From: an uncultured Prevotella sp.
GTDB taxonomy: Bacteria > Bacteroidota > Bacteroidia > Bacteroidales > Bacteroidaceae
Assembly: GCA_900547085.1 (NCBI GenBank)
Contig: URFI01000001.1
Span: 1-48,631, forward strand
Direction of reading: 5' to 3'
Length of the DNA stretch: 48,631 bases
Position numbers and translations under genes: made by a program. The notes under the pieces are model-generated. The model was given only the letters and a program-made list of their open reading frames with translations, had not been told where the DNA came from and did no database searches. Each line of letters starts with the position of its first letter. Positions within the stretch are counted from its first letter, which is position 1. Positions 28,737 to 37,948 of the stretch are shown piece by piece.

Positions 28737-28876
28737 CTTGCTTGAGTGGTATGAGGATGGTGATGTGCAGTTTGCTTGTCCTATGCTTATATTTCATTAA
28801 TCGTCTCATGCGCCATGTTAACAATACAAAACAACGTTAAATAACTTTAATTAGAAAAATTGGTTCATGAACACTT

Positions 28877-28907
28877 TTTGCATATTGACATATAATGTGT
28901 ACTTTTG
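28877..28907 (+). promoter_or_regulatory. Primary-sigma promoter of the rplM operon
   Basis: TTTG (28877-28880), 19-bp spacer, then TACTTTTG (28900-28907): the canonical Bacteroidetes -33/-7 arrangement. Confidence 0.8.
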
Positions 28908-28911
28908 CAGA

Positions 28912-29020
28912 CCGATTATTTCGGGGATGAACTTAGAGTCCCCTGTGCGGATGTGTTAATAGTGGTGCTTTTGGCCGAGCATCACGGTTAGTGAATCGTT
29001 CGTACATGAGTGAAATAAAA
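28912..29020 (+). promoter_or_regulatory. Structured 5' leader of rplM (candidate L13-Bacteroidia-type ribosomal leader)
   Basis: Closing stem TTATTTC/GAAATAA; hairpins GGGGAT..GTCCCC, GTGCGGATG..CGTTCGTAC and GTGGTGCTT..GAGCATCAC, between the promoter and the rplM start. Confidence 0.55.
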
Positions 29021-29051
29021 ACGTTTTTTAGTAGTAAAATTTAAATTTTTA

Positions 29052-29513
29052 ATGGACACATTAAGTTACAAGACTATTTCCGTCAACAGGGAAACAGCTC
29101 AAAAAGAGTGGGTCGTAGTAGACGCAACCGACCAGATTGTTGGTCGCCTTTGCTCAAAGGTCGCTAAGTTGCTGCGTGGCAAGTACAAGCCAACTTTCAC
29201 TCCTCATGTTGATTGTGGAGACAATGTCATCATCATCAATGCCGAGAAAATCAAGTTCTCTGGCAAGAAAGAAACAGACAAACTTTATACACGTTATACC
29301 GGTTATCCTGGTGGACAGCGTTTCAATACCCCTGCTGAGCTTCGTACTCGCAAGAACGGTGTTGACAAGATTGTTCGTCATGCCGTGAAAGGTATGCTGC
29401 CAAAGGGCCCGTTGGGACGCTCTTTGCTGAGCAACCTGTATGTATTCGAAGGCGCTGAGCACGACAAGGCTGCACAGAAGCCTAAGGCTATCGATATTAA
29501 CCAGTATAAATAA
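29052..29513 (+). CDS. rplM: 50S ribosomal protein L13
   Basis: WVVVDA..VGRLCSKVA..RGKYKPTFTPHVDCGDNVIIINAEK and AVKGMLPKGPLGR motifs. Confidence 0.99.
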   Translation: MDTLSYKTISVNRETAQKEWVVVDATDQIVGRLCSKVAKLLRGKYKPTFTPHVDCGDNVIIINAEKIKFSGKKETDKLYTRYTGYPGGQRFNTPAELRTRKNGVDKIVRHAVKGMLPKGPLGRSLLSNLYVFEGAEHDKAAQKPKAIDINQYK

Positions 29514-29522
29514 TAAGGAAAG

Positions 29523-29909
29523 ATGGAAGTAATCAATGCAATAGGCCGTCGCAAGAGCGCCATCGCTCGCGTATACCTCACTGAAGGTACCGGCAAAATA
29601 ACGATTAACAAAAAAGATATTGAAACCTATTTCCCATCAGCTATCTTGCGTTACGTGGTTAAACAGCCATTGGAAACACTTGAGGTTGAAGGAAAATATG
29701 ACATCAAGGCCAACCTTGATGGTGGCGGATTCACAGGTCAGAGCCAGGCACTTCGCCTCGCCATTGCCCGTGCGCTCGTCAAGTTGAATGCTGAAGATAA
29801 GAAGGTGTTGAAGGACAATGGATTCTTGACACGTGACAGCCGTGCTGTTGAGCGTAAGAAGCCAGGACAGCCAAAGGCCCGTCGTCGCTTCCAGTTCAGT
29901 AAGCGTTAA
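29523..29909 (+). CDS. rpsI: 30S ribosomal protein S9
   Basis: GRRKSAIARV, GGGFTGQSQALRLAIARAL, LTRDSRAVERKKPG...QFSKR. Confidence 0.99.
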   Translation: MEVINAIGRRKSAIARVYLTEGTGKITINKKDIETYFPSAILRYVVKQPLETLEVEGKYDIKANLDGGGFTGQSQALRLAIARALVKLNAEDKKVLKDNGFLTRDSRAVERKKPGQPKARRRFQFSKR

Positions 29910-29919
29910 TGAGGAGAGT

Positions 29920-30023
29920 AGTTGACAAGTTCACGAGTAGACAAGTTGACGAGGTGATACTTCTAAACTTGTAAACTTGCAAACAGTTAACTCGTACACT
30001 TACAAGCTATCAACTCGTAAACT
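29920..30023. repeat. Second inverted 8-nt repeat array (rpsI-rpsB intergenic)
   Basis: AGTTGACA AGTTCACG AGTAGACA AGTTGACG AGGTGATA, then TCTAAACT TGTAAACT TGCAAACA GTTAACT CGTACACT ... TATCAACT CGTAAACT. Confidence 0.85.
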
Positions 30024-30132
30024 GATCACCCGTTTAGTATCTAAATCCTCGAGATTTCCCATGCGTGGCGAACTACTCGAAGATTGGTTCTAATCAACTA
30101 AAAAGAAAGTAAACAATTTAAAGAAAAGAAAA

Positions 30133-31023
30133 ATGTCAAGAACAAATTTTGACCAATTATTGCAGGCAGGTAGCCACTTCGGACACCTCCGTCGCAAATG
30201 GAATCCAGCCATGGCTCCCTATATCTTCATGGAGCGCAATGGTATTCACATCATCGACCTGAACAAAACGGTTGCAAAGATAGACGAAGCAGCCGAAGCT
30301 TTGAAACAGATTGCGAAGTCTGGTAGGAAGGTTTTGTTTGTCGCTACTAAAAAACAAGCTAAGGACATCGTAGCCGAGAAGGCTGCATCTGTAAACATGC
30401 CATACGTGAATGAGCGTTGGGCTGGTGGTACACTCACCAACTTCCCAACCATTCGTAAGGCTGTGAAGAAAATGACAAACATCGACAAGTTGATGGCTGA
30501 TGGCACGTTCGAAAACATTTCCAAGCGTGAGTTGCTTCAGATTACACGCCAACGCGCCAAGTTAGAGAAGAACTTGGGTTCTATTGCCGACCTTACACGC
30601 TTGCCTTCTGCACTGTTCGTTGTAGACGTATGCAAGGAACACATCGCCGTGAAGGAAGCCAATCGCTTGGGTATCCCCGTGTTCGCTATCGTTGACACCA
30701 ACTCAGATCCTAAGAACATCGACTTCGTGATTCCCGCAAATGATGATGCGAAAGATTCTGTAGAAGTAATCTTGACTGCTTGCTGCCAAGCCATCGCTGA
30801 GGGTTTGGAGGAGCGCAAGGCTGAAAAGGCTGATGAAAAGGCTGCTGCCGAGCAACAAGAGGAAGCTGCAGAGGCAAAACCGAAGCGCGCTCGCAAGGCT
30901 CGCAAGCAGACCGAAGAGGCTGAAAAGGCTGAAGAAACAGAGGAAGTAGCAGACAAGACTGAACCTGCAAAGGAAGAAAACAAGGAAGCTGAAGCTAAAG
31001 AAGAAGCTCCTGCTGCTGAATAA
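30133..31023 (+). CDS. rpsB: 30S ribosomal protein S2 with an Ala/Glu/Lys-rich C-terminal extension
   Basis: AGSHFGH..WNPAMAPYIF..NGIHIIDL, RWAGGTLTNF and IVDTNSDP..IPANDDA motifs. Confidence 0.99.
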   Translation: MSRTNFDQLLQAGSHFGHLRRKWNPAMAPYIFMERNGIHIIDLNKTVAKIDEAAEALKQIAKSGRKVLFVATKKQAKDIVAEKAASVNMPYVNERWAGGTLTNFPTIRKAVKKMTNIDKLMADGTFENISKRELLQITRQRAKLEKNLGSIADLTRLPSALFVVDVCKEHIAVKEANRLGIPVFAIVDTNSDPKNIDFVIPANDDAKDSVEVILTACCQAIAEGLEERKAEKADEKAAAEQQEEAAEAKPKRARKARKQTEEAEKAEETEEVADKTEPAKEENKEAEAKEEAPAAE

Positions 31024-31034
31024 TCATATTGAAT

Positions 31035-31108
31035 AGAGAAGAACGAAGGGGGAAAGGTATGTTCTTTACATATCTGGTGCGCTCTTCATTCTTCTCTGTC
31101 CTTTTTTA
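31035..31108 (+). terminator. Stem-loop between rpsB and tsf (possible attenuator)
   Basis: AGAGAAGAACGAAGGG...CTCTTCATTCTTCTCT, followed by GTCCTTTTTT. Confidence 0.45.
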
Positions 31109-31149
31109 TAAAAGATTAATATTAACCCAATAAATAAGATTTTTATATT

Positions 31150-32142
31150 ATGGCTGTAACAATTGCTGATATACAAAAGCTTCGTAAAATGACCGGCGCT
31201 GGTTTGGCTGATTGCAAGAAAGCGTTGACCGAAGCTGCTGGTGACATGGACAAGGCTGTTGAGTTGGTTCGTGAACGCGGACTGGCTATCGCTGCCAAGC
31301 GTTCTGATCGTGAGACCTCAAACGGTTGTGTGCTCGTGAAAGTTGACAAAGACTTCGCTGCAATGATTGCTTTGAAGTGCGAAACCGACTTCGTAGCTAA
31401 CGGCAAGGACTTCATCGAGTGTACACAAAACATCCTCGACGCTGCCGTTGCTGCTAAGGCCAAGACCATCGATGAAATCCTTACTTTGAAGCTTGCAGAT
31501 GGAAAAGATGTTGCCACAACTGTTAAACTTCGTTCTGGTATCACAGGCGAGAAGATGGAGTTAGATGGCTATCGTTTCCTCGAAGGAGAAAACATCGAGG
31601 CATACAACCACATGAACAAAAACATCTTGTGCACGATGGTTCAGACCAACAAACCTGCTGAAGAGCAGGCTCACAACATCGCCATGCAGGTTGCTGCGAT
31701 GAACCCTGTGGCCTTGAATGAAGAAAACGTTTCGCAAGAAGTGAAAGATGCTGAGTACAAGGTGGCCGTAGAGAAGACCAAAGAAGAGCAGATTGAGAAG
31801 GCTGTTTCAGCCGCATTGAAGAAAGCTGGCTTCAACTTGTATATCGCTGAGAGCGAGGAACACATGGAGGAAGGCCTCCGCAAGGGTGAGATTACCGCTG
31901 AGCAAGCAGAAGAGATTCGTAAGATTAAGGCTGAAACAGCAGCTGACAAGAAGGAGAATCTGCAAGAAAACATGATTCAGAATATTGCTAAAGGGCGTAT
32001 GAACAAGTTCTTCAAGGAAAACTGCTTGTTGAACCAAGAATATATCCAGGACAGCAAAATCACTGTTTCTGAATATCTGAAACAGGCTGACAAGGATTTG
32101 GAAATCGTCGATTTCAAGCGTTTTAGCTTGCGTGCTGATTAA
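31150..32142 (+). CDS. tsf: Translation elongation factor Ts
   Basis: LRKMTGAGLADCKKAL, LKCETDFVA, IAMQVAAMNP and KFFKENCLLNQEYI motifs; follows rpsB. Confidence 0.98.
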   Translation: MAVTIADIQKLRKMTGAGLADCKKALTEAAGDMDKAVELVRERGLAIAAKRSDRETSNGCVLVKVDKDFAAMIALKCETDFVANGKDFIECTQNILDAAVAAKAKTIDEILTLKLADGKDVATTVKLRSGITGEKMELDGYRFLEGENIEAYNHMNKNILCTMVQTNKPAEEQAHNIAMQVAAMNPVALNEENVSQEVKDAEYKVAVEKTKEEQIEKAVSAALKKAGFNLYIAESEEHMEEGLRKGEITAEQAEEIRKIKAETAADKKENLQENMIQNIAKGRMNKFFKENCLLNQEYIQDSKITVSEYLKQADKDLEIVDFKRFSLRAD

Positions 32143-32178
32143 GAAATAGCTTCCCAGCAAGGAAGATTTGTGACATAG

Positions 32179-32214
32179 AAAAGTCCGGTTGAGTATCTCT
32201 CAATCGGGCTTTTT
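32179..32214 (+). terminator. Rho-independent terminator after tsf
   Basis: AAAAGTCCGGTTGAG-TATCT-CTCAATCGGGCTTTTT. Confidence 0.8.
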
Positions 32215-32247
32215 GCGTTTATCTTCGCTACTTCTTCTAATTTGTAG

Positions 32248-32255
32248 TATCTTTG
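32248..32255 (+). promoter_or_regulatory. -7 promoter element for FAH-porU-porV(-ispF)
   Basis: TATCTTTG upstream of ATG 32312. Confidence 0.6.
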
Positions 32256-32311
32256 CAGCATACCAAATTGCAGCTGCCGGCTGCGTAGAATCAATAGAAA
32301 GAATCAAAGGG

Positions 32312-32929
32312 ATGAAGATATTTGCCGTTGGAATGAATTACGCACAGCACAATAAAGAGCTGTTGGGGACGTTATCAAAACCAGAGAATCCTGTGATTTT
32401 CATGAAGCCAGATTCGGCTTTACTCAAAGATCATAAGCCGTTCTTCATTCCCGATGACTTGGGGAGGATAGAATACGAGGCCGAAGTGGTCGTGCGGATT
32501 TGTCGATTAGGAAAGACTATCTCTGAACGATTTGCCCACCGTTACTACGATGCTGTTACGCTGGGAATAGACTTTACCGCTCGTGAGCTGCAACAAAAGT
32601 TACGCTCAGCAGGACAGCCTTGGGAGCTATCCAAAGGATTTGATGGTGCGGCAGCGTTGGGTGACTGGGTAGATGTAGGCAAGTTTCGCGACGTGCAGGT
32701 GCTCAACTTCCATCTTGATATCAATGGAAAGACGGTTCAAAAAGGATTCACGGGCGACATGTTGTATAAGATTGATGAGCTGATAGCTTATATCAGTCGA
32801 TATTTCACCTTGAAGACTGGTGATATCTTGTACACCGGAACGCCTGCGGGGACAGGTCCTGTGAATGTAAACGACCATTTGGAGGGGTATCTGGCAGACC
32901 GGAAAGTGCTTGAAATGAATTGTAAATAA
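32312..32929 (+). CDS. Fumarylacetoacetate hydrolase family protein
   Basis: Start moved to ATG 32312 (MKIFAVGMNYAQH), because the longer ORF overlaps the tsf terminator and the promoter. PVIFMKPDSA, EYEAEV, GIDFTARELQ, SKGFDG and TLKTGDILYTGTPAG motifs. Confidence 0.93.
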   Translation: MKIFAVGMNYAQHNKELLGTLSKPENPVIFMKPDSALLKDHKPFFIPDDLGRIEYEAEVVVRICRLGKTISERFAHRYYDAVTLGIDFTARELQQKLRSAGQPWELSKGFDGAAALGDWVDVGKFRDVQVLNFHLDINGKTVQKGFTGDMLYKIDELIAYISRYFTLKTGDILYTGTPAGTGPVNVNDHLEGYLADRKVLEMNCK

Positions 32930-32946
32930 ACACAGAATTAGAACGC

Positions 32947-35900
32947 GTGTTGAGAGGTATCAAATTTCTTGTTATAGGTTTTTTGTCGCTTTTGTGCTTG
33001 AGTCTTTCTGCTCAAGAGCGTTTTTTTAACTTGACGGCAGCCGACGTGAAGATAGATTCAAGGCTGCCTCATTTCTCTCATTCCTTTGCTCTGGGCGATC
33101 AATACGCTGACTCTTCCTATTCCGTTTCTATTCTATACCCCGAATTCATCGACATGACGTCGGCTGATATCGCACGATACCGACAGCTGTCTGATGCACC
33201 ATTGCCAGCCTTACCACCTATCCGACAACGGTTGGCTTTGGATAGAAAGAAGGGATTGTTGGAGGTAGACTTCTGCCCTTTGGTGTTTCGCGACGGCAAA
33301 TATCAGATTTTGGTCAGCTTCATGCTGCGATTAGAAACCCAGCCACGCAAGCAATCGCTGCGACATGCAGCAGTACAGACAAGAGCAGGTGGCACGAGTC
33401 GTTATGCGGCTCACTCGGTATTGGCATCAGGCAAGTGGGCAAAGATACGTGTACCCGCATCAGGCGTGTACCGGTTAACGGATGACTTGATTCGTAAAGC
33501 TGGCTTTACAGATATTAATAAGGTGAAAGTTTACGGCTACGGCGGTAGGTTACAAAATGAGAAACTGGTTGCAGAAGAGTTGGTGGCAACCGATGATTTG
33601 AAGGAAGTTCCCACATGTTGGGTTGATGGGCGTCGATTGTTTTATGCATACGGGCCAGTGTCATGGGAATCCAACACAGCCACTCGTCGCACTCGCAACC
33701 CCTATTCTGACTATGGCTATTACTTTTTAACGCAGACAGATGACACACCTACGTCTGTCGATTCTACGGCATTTCTGGCATCTTTCTATCCTTCGCCTGA
33801 CGACTATCACACCCTTTACGAAGTTGACGGTCATGCATGGTATGCTGGCGGGCGCAACTTGTTTGATCCCAATCCCATCCCAGCAGGTTCTTCCAAGACT
33901 TTTAGCATTCCGTCTAAGGCGGATCAAGGCAGTGCTAAGATGTCGGTCAATCTATCTGCTGGCACCGCATCTCAGGCAACTGTGGCCTATCAGAATGCCG
34001 AATTGGGGACGTTGAACATCCGTTTAATAGACCATGATAGTGGAAATGAAGCGGGTACGGTATATGAAATCAACAGAACAGGCACCACTGATTCTGTCAA
34101 GATAACCACAAACTCCGGCGGTCCGGTTCGCTTGGATTATATTTCTTTTATATGGCAGAAGCCGCTGCCGGCACCACAACTCAAAGGAACCTCCTTCCCT
34201 GTTCCTGAATATGTTTACAACATTACCAACCAAGACTTGCATGGAGATGGCTTCGCCGACATGGTCATCATCATTCCTACCAGTCAAAAGCTGCGCACGC
34301 AGGCTGAACGTCTGAAGGCTTTCCACGAACAAAACGATGGCATGCGGGTACGCATCGTGCCGGCAGATGAACTTTACAACGAGTTCTCGAGTGGCACTCC
34401 TGATGCCAATGCCTACCGCAGGTACCTCAAGATGCTGTACGATCGGTCACAAACCGAAGCTGACATGCCGAAATATCTGTTGCTGTTTGGCGATTGTGTC
34501 TGGGACAACCGAATGCTGACGGCCAACTGTCGCAACCTCAATCCTGACGATTACCTGCTTTGTTTTGAAAGTGAAAATTCGTTCAACGCCCTTCATTGCT
34601 ATGTAGACGATGGTTTCTTTTGCGCTTTGGACGACGGAGAAGGTTTGAATACCAATTTCTCTGACAAGCAAGATGTCGCCGTGGGTCGTTTTCCGGTGAA
34701 GACAGAAGCCGAGGCCAAAGTGATGGTTGATAAGGTTATCAACTATGTGAAAAACCAAAATGGCGGTGCATGGCAAAACACCTTGGTGTTCATGGGCGAT
34801 GATGGCGAGGACAATCTGCACATGCGTGACATCGATGCCGCGGCCGATGCCATCTCAACACAATATCCCGGCTATTTGGTTAAGAAAATCATGTGGGATG
34901 CATACGTTCGCGAAACTTCGTCGACAGGACATGCCTACCCAGAGGTAACTCGACTGATTAAGCAGCAACAGGCGGCAGGTGCCCTCATCATGGATTACGC
35001 CGGACATGGGTTAGAAACACAGATTTCCCATGAAAAGGTATTGAATTTAAGTGATTTCCAGTCGTTCAATAATCCCAATCTTCCCTTGTGGGTCACTGCT
35101 TCGTGTGACATCATGCCTTTCGATGGCGTCGCTCCAACCATTGGTGAGGCAGCTGTACTCAATCCAAAGGGTGGCACTTTGGCTTTCTTTGGCACAACTC
35201 GTACCGTTTGGGCTTATTATAACGCCCAGATCAACACCTCTTTCCTGCGACATGTGTTGAGCAAGGACCATGCTGGGAAACCGATTACGATAGGTGAAGC
35301 TCAACGCTTGGCCAAGAATGAGATGATTGATACTAAACGCGACTTGACCGACAACAAACTACAATATTCATTGTTGGGCGACCCAGCCGTGGCACTTCAT
35401 CAACCCTCCTTAAAGGTAGTAGTCGACTCAATCAACGGCGCTCCCGTGTCAACTGACATCAAAGCTTCTCTCAAAGCTGGTGGAATAGCCAAAGTGACGG
35501 GCCATGTAGAGCACGCCGCTGACTTCAATGGAACGGTAACTGTGACCGTTCGGGATAGCCAAGAAAAAATTGTTTGCCGAATGAATGATGTGGCTGACAT
35601 CACCAGTCCGTTTACCTATAACGATCGCACCAAGACATTGTTCAACGGATCTGGCAACGTTGTTGGCGGAAGGTTTACATTGACCTTTGCCATTCCGCAA
35701 GACATCAATTACACGGATGGCACGGGATTGATGAATTTGTATGCCTTGAGTGATGACCATCAGTTGAAGGCGCACGGTACCAGCGAGGCGTTTACGATTG
35801 GTGGAACGGCCGATGTGGCCAACGATTCCATCGGACCGTCCATTTACTGTTACCTCAACTCGCCGTCGTTCACCAATGGCGATAAGGTGAACAGCACGCC

Positions 35901-36489
35901 TTATTTCGTTGCGAAAATAACCGATGAGAACGGAATCAATAGTGCCGGAAGCGGCATTGGGCACGACTTGCAGTTGATTATCGACGGACAGATGTCAAAA
36001 ACGTATAACCTCAACGATCATTTCGTGTACGACTTTGGCAGTTATACCACCGGAACCACGTATTACAACATCCCCGAATTGGCCCCTGGCCCGCACAGGT
36101 TGCAATTCAGAGCATGGGATGTTTTGAACAATTCTTCGACCGCAGAACTGACATTCCATGTCGTCAAGGGTATGCAACCCAACCTGTTTTCGGTCGATTG
36201 CACGAACAATCCCGCACGCACCACTACGACCTTCATCATCAACCACGACAGGGTAGGCACACAGGTGGATGTGGAAATTGACGTGTTCGACATGAGTGGC
36301 CGCCAACTATGGAAGCATCAGGAACGTGGCGTGAGTACTAATGATGCTTATACTGTTGACTGGGACTTGAGAGTAGACAGTGGGGCACGCTTGCAAACTG
36401 GCGTTTATCTCTATCGTGTGTTGCTCTCTTCTGAGGGCAGTCCGAAGGTTTCCAAAGCGAAGAAACTCATCGTGATAGGCAATAATTAA
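32947..36489 (+). CDS. porU: Type IX secretion system sortase PorU (peptidase C25 family)
   Basis: SVLASGKWAKIRV..GVYRLT, YNEFSSGTPD, YLLLFGD, VGRFPV; His in DYAGHG and Cys in TASCD; LLGDPA; GIGHDL; RAWDVLNNSS; C-terminal CTD GVYLYRV..KKLIV; adjacent to porV. Confidence 0.93.
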   Translation: MLRGIKFLVIGFLSLLCLSLSAQERFFNLTAADVKIDSRLPHFSHSFALGDQYADSSYSVSILYPEFIDMTSADIARYRQLSDAPLPALPPIRQRLALDRKKGLLEVDFCPLVFRDGKYQILVSFMLRLETQPRKQSLRHAAVQTRAGGTSRYAAHSVLASGKWAKIRVPASGVYRLTDDLIRKAGFTDINKVKVYGYGGRLQNEKLVAEELVATDDLKEVPTCWVDGRRLFYAYGPVSWESNTATRRTRNPYSDYGYYFLTQTDDTPTSVDSTAFLASFYPSPDDYHTLYEVDGHAWYAGGRNLFDPNPIPAGSSKTFSIPSKADQGSAKMSVNLSAGTASQATVAYQNAELGTLNIRLIDHDSGNEAGTVYEINRTGTTDSVKITTNSGGPVRLDYISFIWQKPLPAPQLKGTSFPVPEYVYNITNQDLHGDGFADMVIIIPTSQKLRTQAERLKAFHEQNDGMRVRIVPADELYNEFSSGTPDANAYRRYLKMLYDRSQTEADMPKYLLLFGDCVWDNRMLTANCRNLNPDDYLLCFESENSFNALHCYVDDGFFCALDDGEGLNTNFSDKQDVAVGRFPVKTEAEAKVMVDKVINYVKNQNGGAWQNTLVFMGDDGEDNLHMRDIDAAADAISTQYPGYLVKKIMWDAYVRETSSTGHAYPEVTRLIKQQQAAGALIMDYAGHGLETQISHEKVLNLSDFQSFNNPNLPLWVTASCDIMPFDGVAPTIGEAAVLNPKGGTLAFFGTTRTVWAYYNAQINTSFLRHVLSKDHAGKPITIGEAQRLAKNEMIDTKRDLTDNKLQYSLLGDPAVALHQPSLKVVVDSINGAPVSTDIKASLKAGGIAKVTGHVEHAADFNGTVTVTVRDSQEKIVCRMNDVADITSPFTYNDRTKTLFNGSGNVVGGRFTLTFAIPQDINYTDGTGLMNLYALSDDHQLKAHGTSEAFTIGGTADVANDSIGPSIYCYLNSPSFTNGDKVNSTPYFVAKITDENGINSAGSGIGHDLQLIIDGQMSKTYNLNDHFVYDFGSYTTGTTYYNIPELAPGPHRLQFRAWDVLNNSSTAELTFHVVKGMQPNLFSVDCTNNPARTTTTFIINHDRVGTQVDVEIDVFDMSGRQLWKHQERGVSTNDAYTVDWDLRVDSGARLQTGVYLYRVLLSSEGSPKVSKAKKLIVIGNN

Positions 36490-36538
36490 CCATCCCGTGC
36501 GTTTTTTAATCAATAACAGAAAAGAGTTACTGAACAGA

Positions 36539-37717
36539 ATGAAAACATTTCCAAGAATATTTTGCATGCTGTTGTTTGTCTGCTTTGCCATTACATTGTC
36601 AGCACAAGACAAACGAAACATGTTTAATCCAGTCCACTCATCGGTCACCTCACAAATGATTGCACCCGATGCTCGCTCAGCCGGTATAGGTGATGTGGGT
36701 GCGGCTACCGATCCTGACGTGGTTTCGCAATATTGGAACCCGGCCAAATATCCCTTCACCATCAGTCGTGCTGGTGTGGCACTCAACTACACACCGTGGC
36801 TCCGACAGTTGGTTAACGACATCGATTTAGCCTACCTGGCAGGCTACTATCGCATCGGTGACTATAGTGCGGTGTCTGGTTCGCTGCGCTATTTCTCACT
36901 GGGCGAGGTGACAACCAATGCTGACAGAGATGGCAAAGGGGGTGGGATGACCATCAACCCATACGAAATGTCATTGGATGTAGCCTACTCGTTGATGTTG
37001 AGTGAGCGGTTTTCATTAGGTGCTGCCGTGCGTTGGATTTACTCTGACTTAACTTACGACTTTAAGGATGAAACCACTCCAGGCTCGGCTTTCGCCGCAG
37101 ACATCTCGGCCTATTATCAAAATTATATCAACCTTGGGGAACGTGAAAGTCAGTTGGGCATCGGTCTCAACATCTCAAACATCGGTAGTAAGATAACCTT
37201 TGGTGGCAGCGACAACAGTGAATTCATTCCCACCAACCTGCGGTTGGGTGCTTCTCTGATGATTCCCATCGATGAATATAACCGGTTTACCGTGGCAGCC
37301 GATGCCAACAAATTATTGGTACCCACCTACCCAAAACAGAATGAGGGCGAGAGTACGGAGGACTACCAGGAGCGTGTACAGAAAGAATATTATGACGTGT
37401 CGAGCATCAGCGGCATCTTCAAAAGCTTCAGCGATGCCCCCAATGGTGCGAAAGAAGAGTTGCAGGAAATACAATGGAGCGTAGGTGCCGAGTATGTTTA
37501 TCACGATCAGTTCGCACTGCGGGCAGGCTATCATCACCAAGCAGAGAATAAAGGTAACCTAAAATATTTTACGGTGGGTGCCGGTTTCAAGATGAGTGTG
37601 TTCTCATTGGATGCAGGTTATGTCATTGCCATGGCGAAGAGCAACCCGCTCGATCAAACCCTTCGCTTCTCATTGAACTTTGATATGGATGGGATTAAAG
37701 ACTTGTTTAGGAGGTAA
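36539..37717 (+). CDS. porV: Type IX secretion system outer-membrane shuttle PorV
   Basis: Start moved to ATG 36539 (signal peptide LSA-Q). IAPDARSAGIGDVGAATDPD, YWNPAKY, YTPWLRQLVNDIDL, RYFSLG, KSFSDAP and SNPLDQTLRFSL motifs. Confidence 0.94.
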   Translation: MKTFPRIFCMLLFVCFAITLSAQDKRNMFNPVHSSVTSQMIAPDARSAGIGDVGAATDPDVVSQYWNPAKYPFTISRAGVALNYTPWLRQLVNDIDLAYLAGYYRIGDYSAVSGSLRYFSLGEVTTNADRDGKGGGMTINPYEMSLDVAYSLMLSERFSLGAAVRWIYSDLTYDFKDETTPGSAFAADISAYYQNYINLGERESQLGIGLNISNIGSKITFGGSDNSEFIPTNLRLGASLMIPIDEYNRFTVAADANKLLVPTYPKQNEGESTEDYQERVQKEYYDVSSISGIFKSFSDAPNGAKEELQEIQWSVGAEYVYHDQFALRAGYHHQAENKGNLKYFTVGAGFKMSVFSLDAGYVIAMAKSNPLDQTLRFSLNFDMDGIKDLFRR

Positions 37718-37726
37718 GAATGGAAG

Positions 37727-37760
37727 CCTCTCCCCCGACCCCTCCCCGAAGGGGAGGGGA
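37727..37760. repeat. GC-rich REP-like hairpin CCTCTCCCCCGA-CCCCTCCCC-GAA-GGGGAGGGG
   Basis: Perfect 9-bp stem at 37739-37759, preceded by a near-duplicate of the left arm, 10 bp after the porV stop. Confidence 0.65.
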
Positions 37761-37774
37761 GTGAATAGCAAGGC

Positions 37775-37932
37775 TATCAACATGTAAACTTGTAATCTAG
37801 GAGCCTAGAAAATCTAGAACATCTAGGAATCCTAGGAAATCTAGGCAAACTAGATAACTAGAAAAACTAGAAAAACTAGACAACTAGAAATCTAGATACT
37901 TGTCAACTCGTAAACTCGTACACTTGTCAACT
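37775..37932. repeat. CTAG-core 8-9-nt tandem array nested in an 8-nt (YGTMAACT)n array
   Basis: 12 CTAG copies at 37797, 37805, 37814, 37823, 37832, 37841, 37850, 37858, 37867, 37876, 37884 and 37892. Flanked by TATCAACA TGTAAACT before and TGTCAACT CGTAAACT CGTACACT TGTCAACT after. Confidence 0.88.
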
Positions 37933-37948
37933 AAAAAACTTATACCCT

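Noticed and set aside
30820..31980. Long charged tail on S2 and internal insertion in EF-Ts
   Set aside because: Both are ordinary for Bacteroidales orthologues as far as I know, so not novel.
32189..32311. 41-aa N-terminal extension on the FAH protein
   Set aside because: It overlaps the tsf terminator and the TATCTTTG promoter; the true start is most likely ATG 32312.
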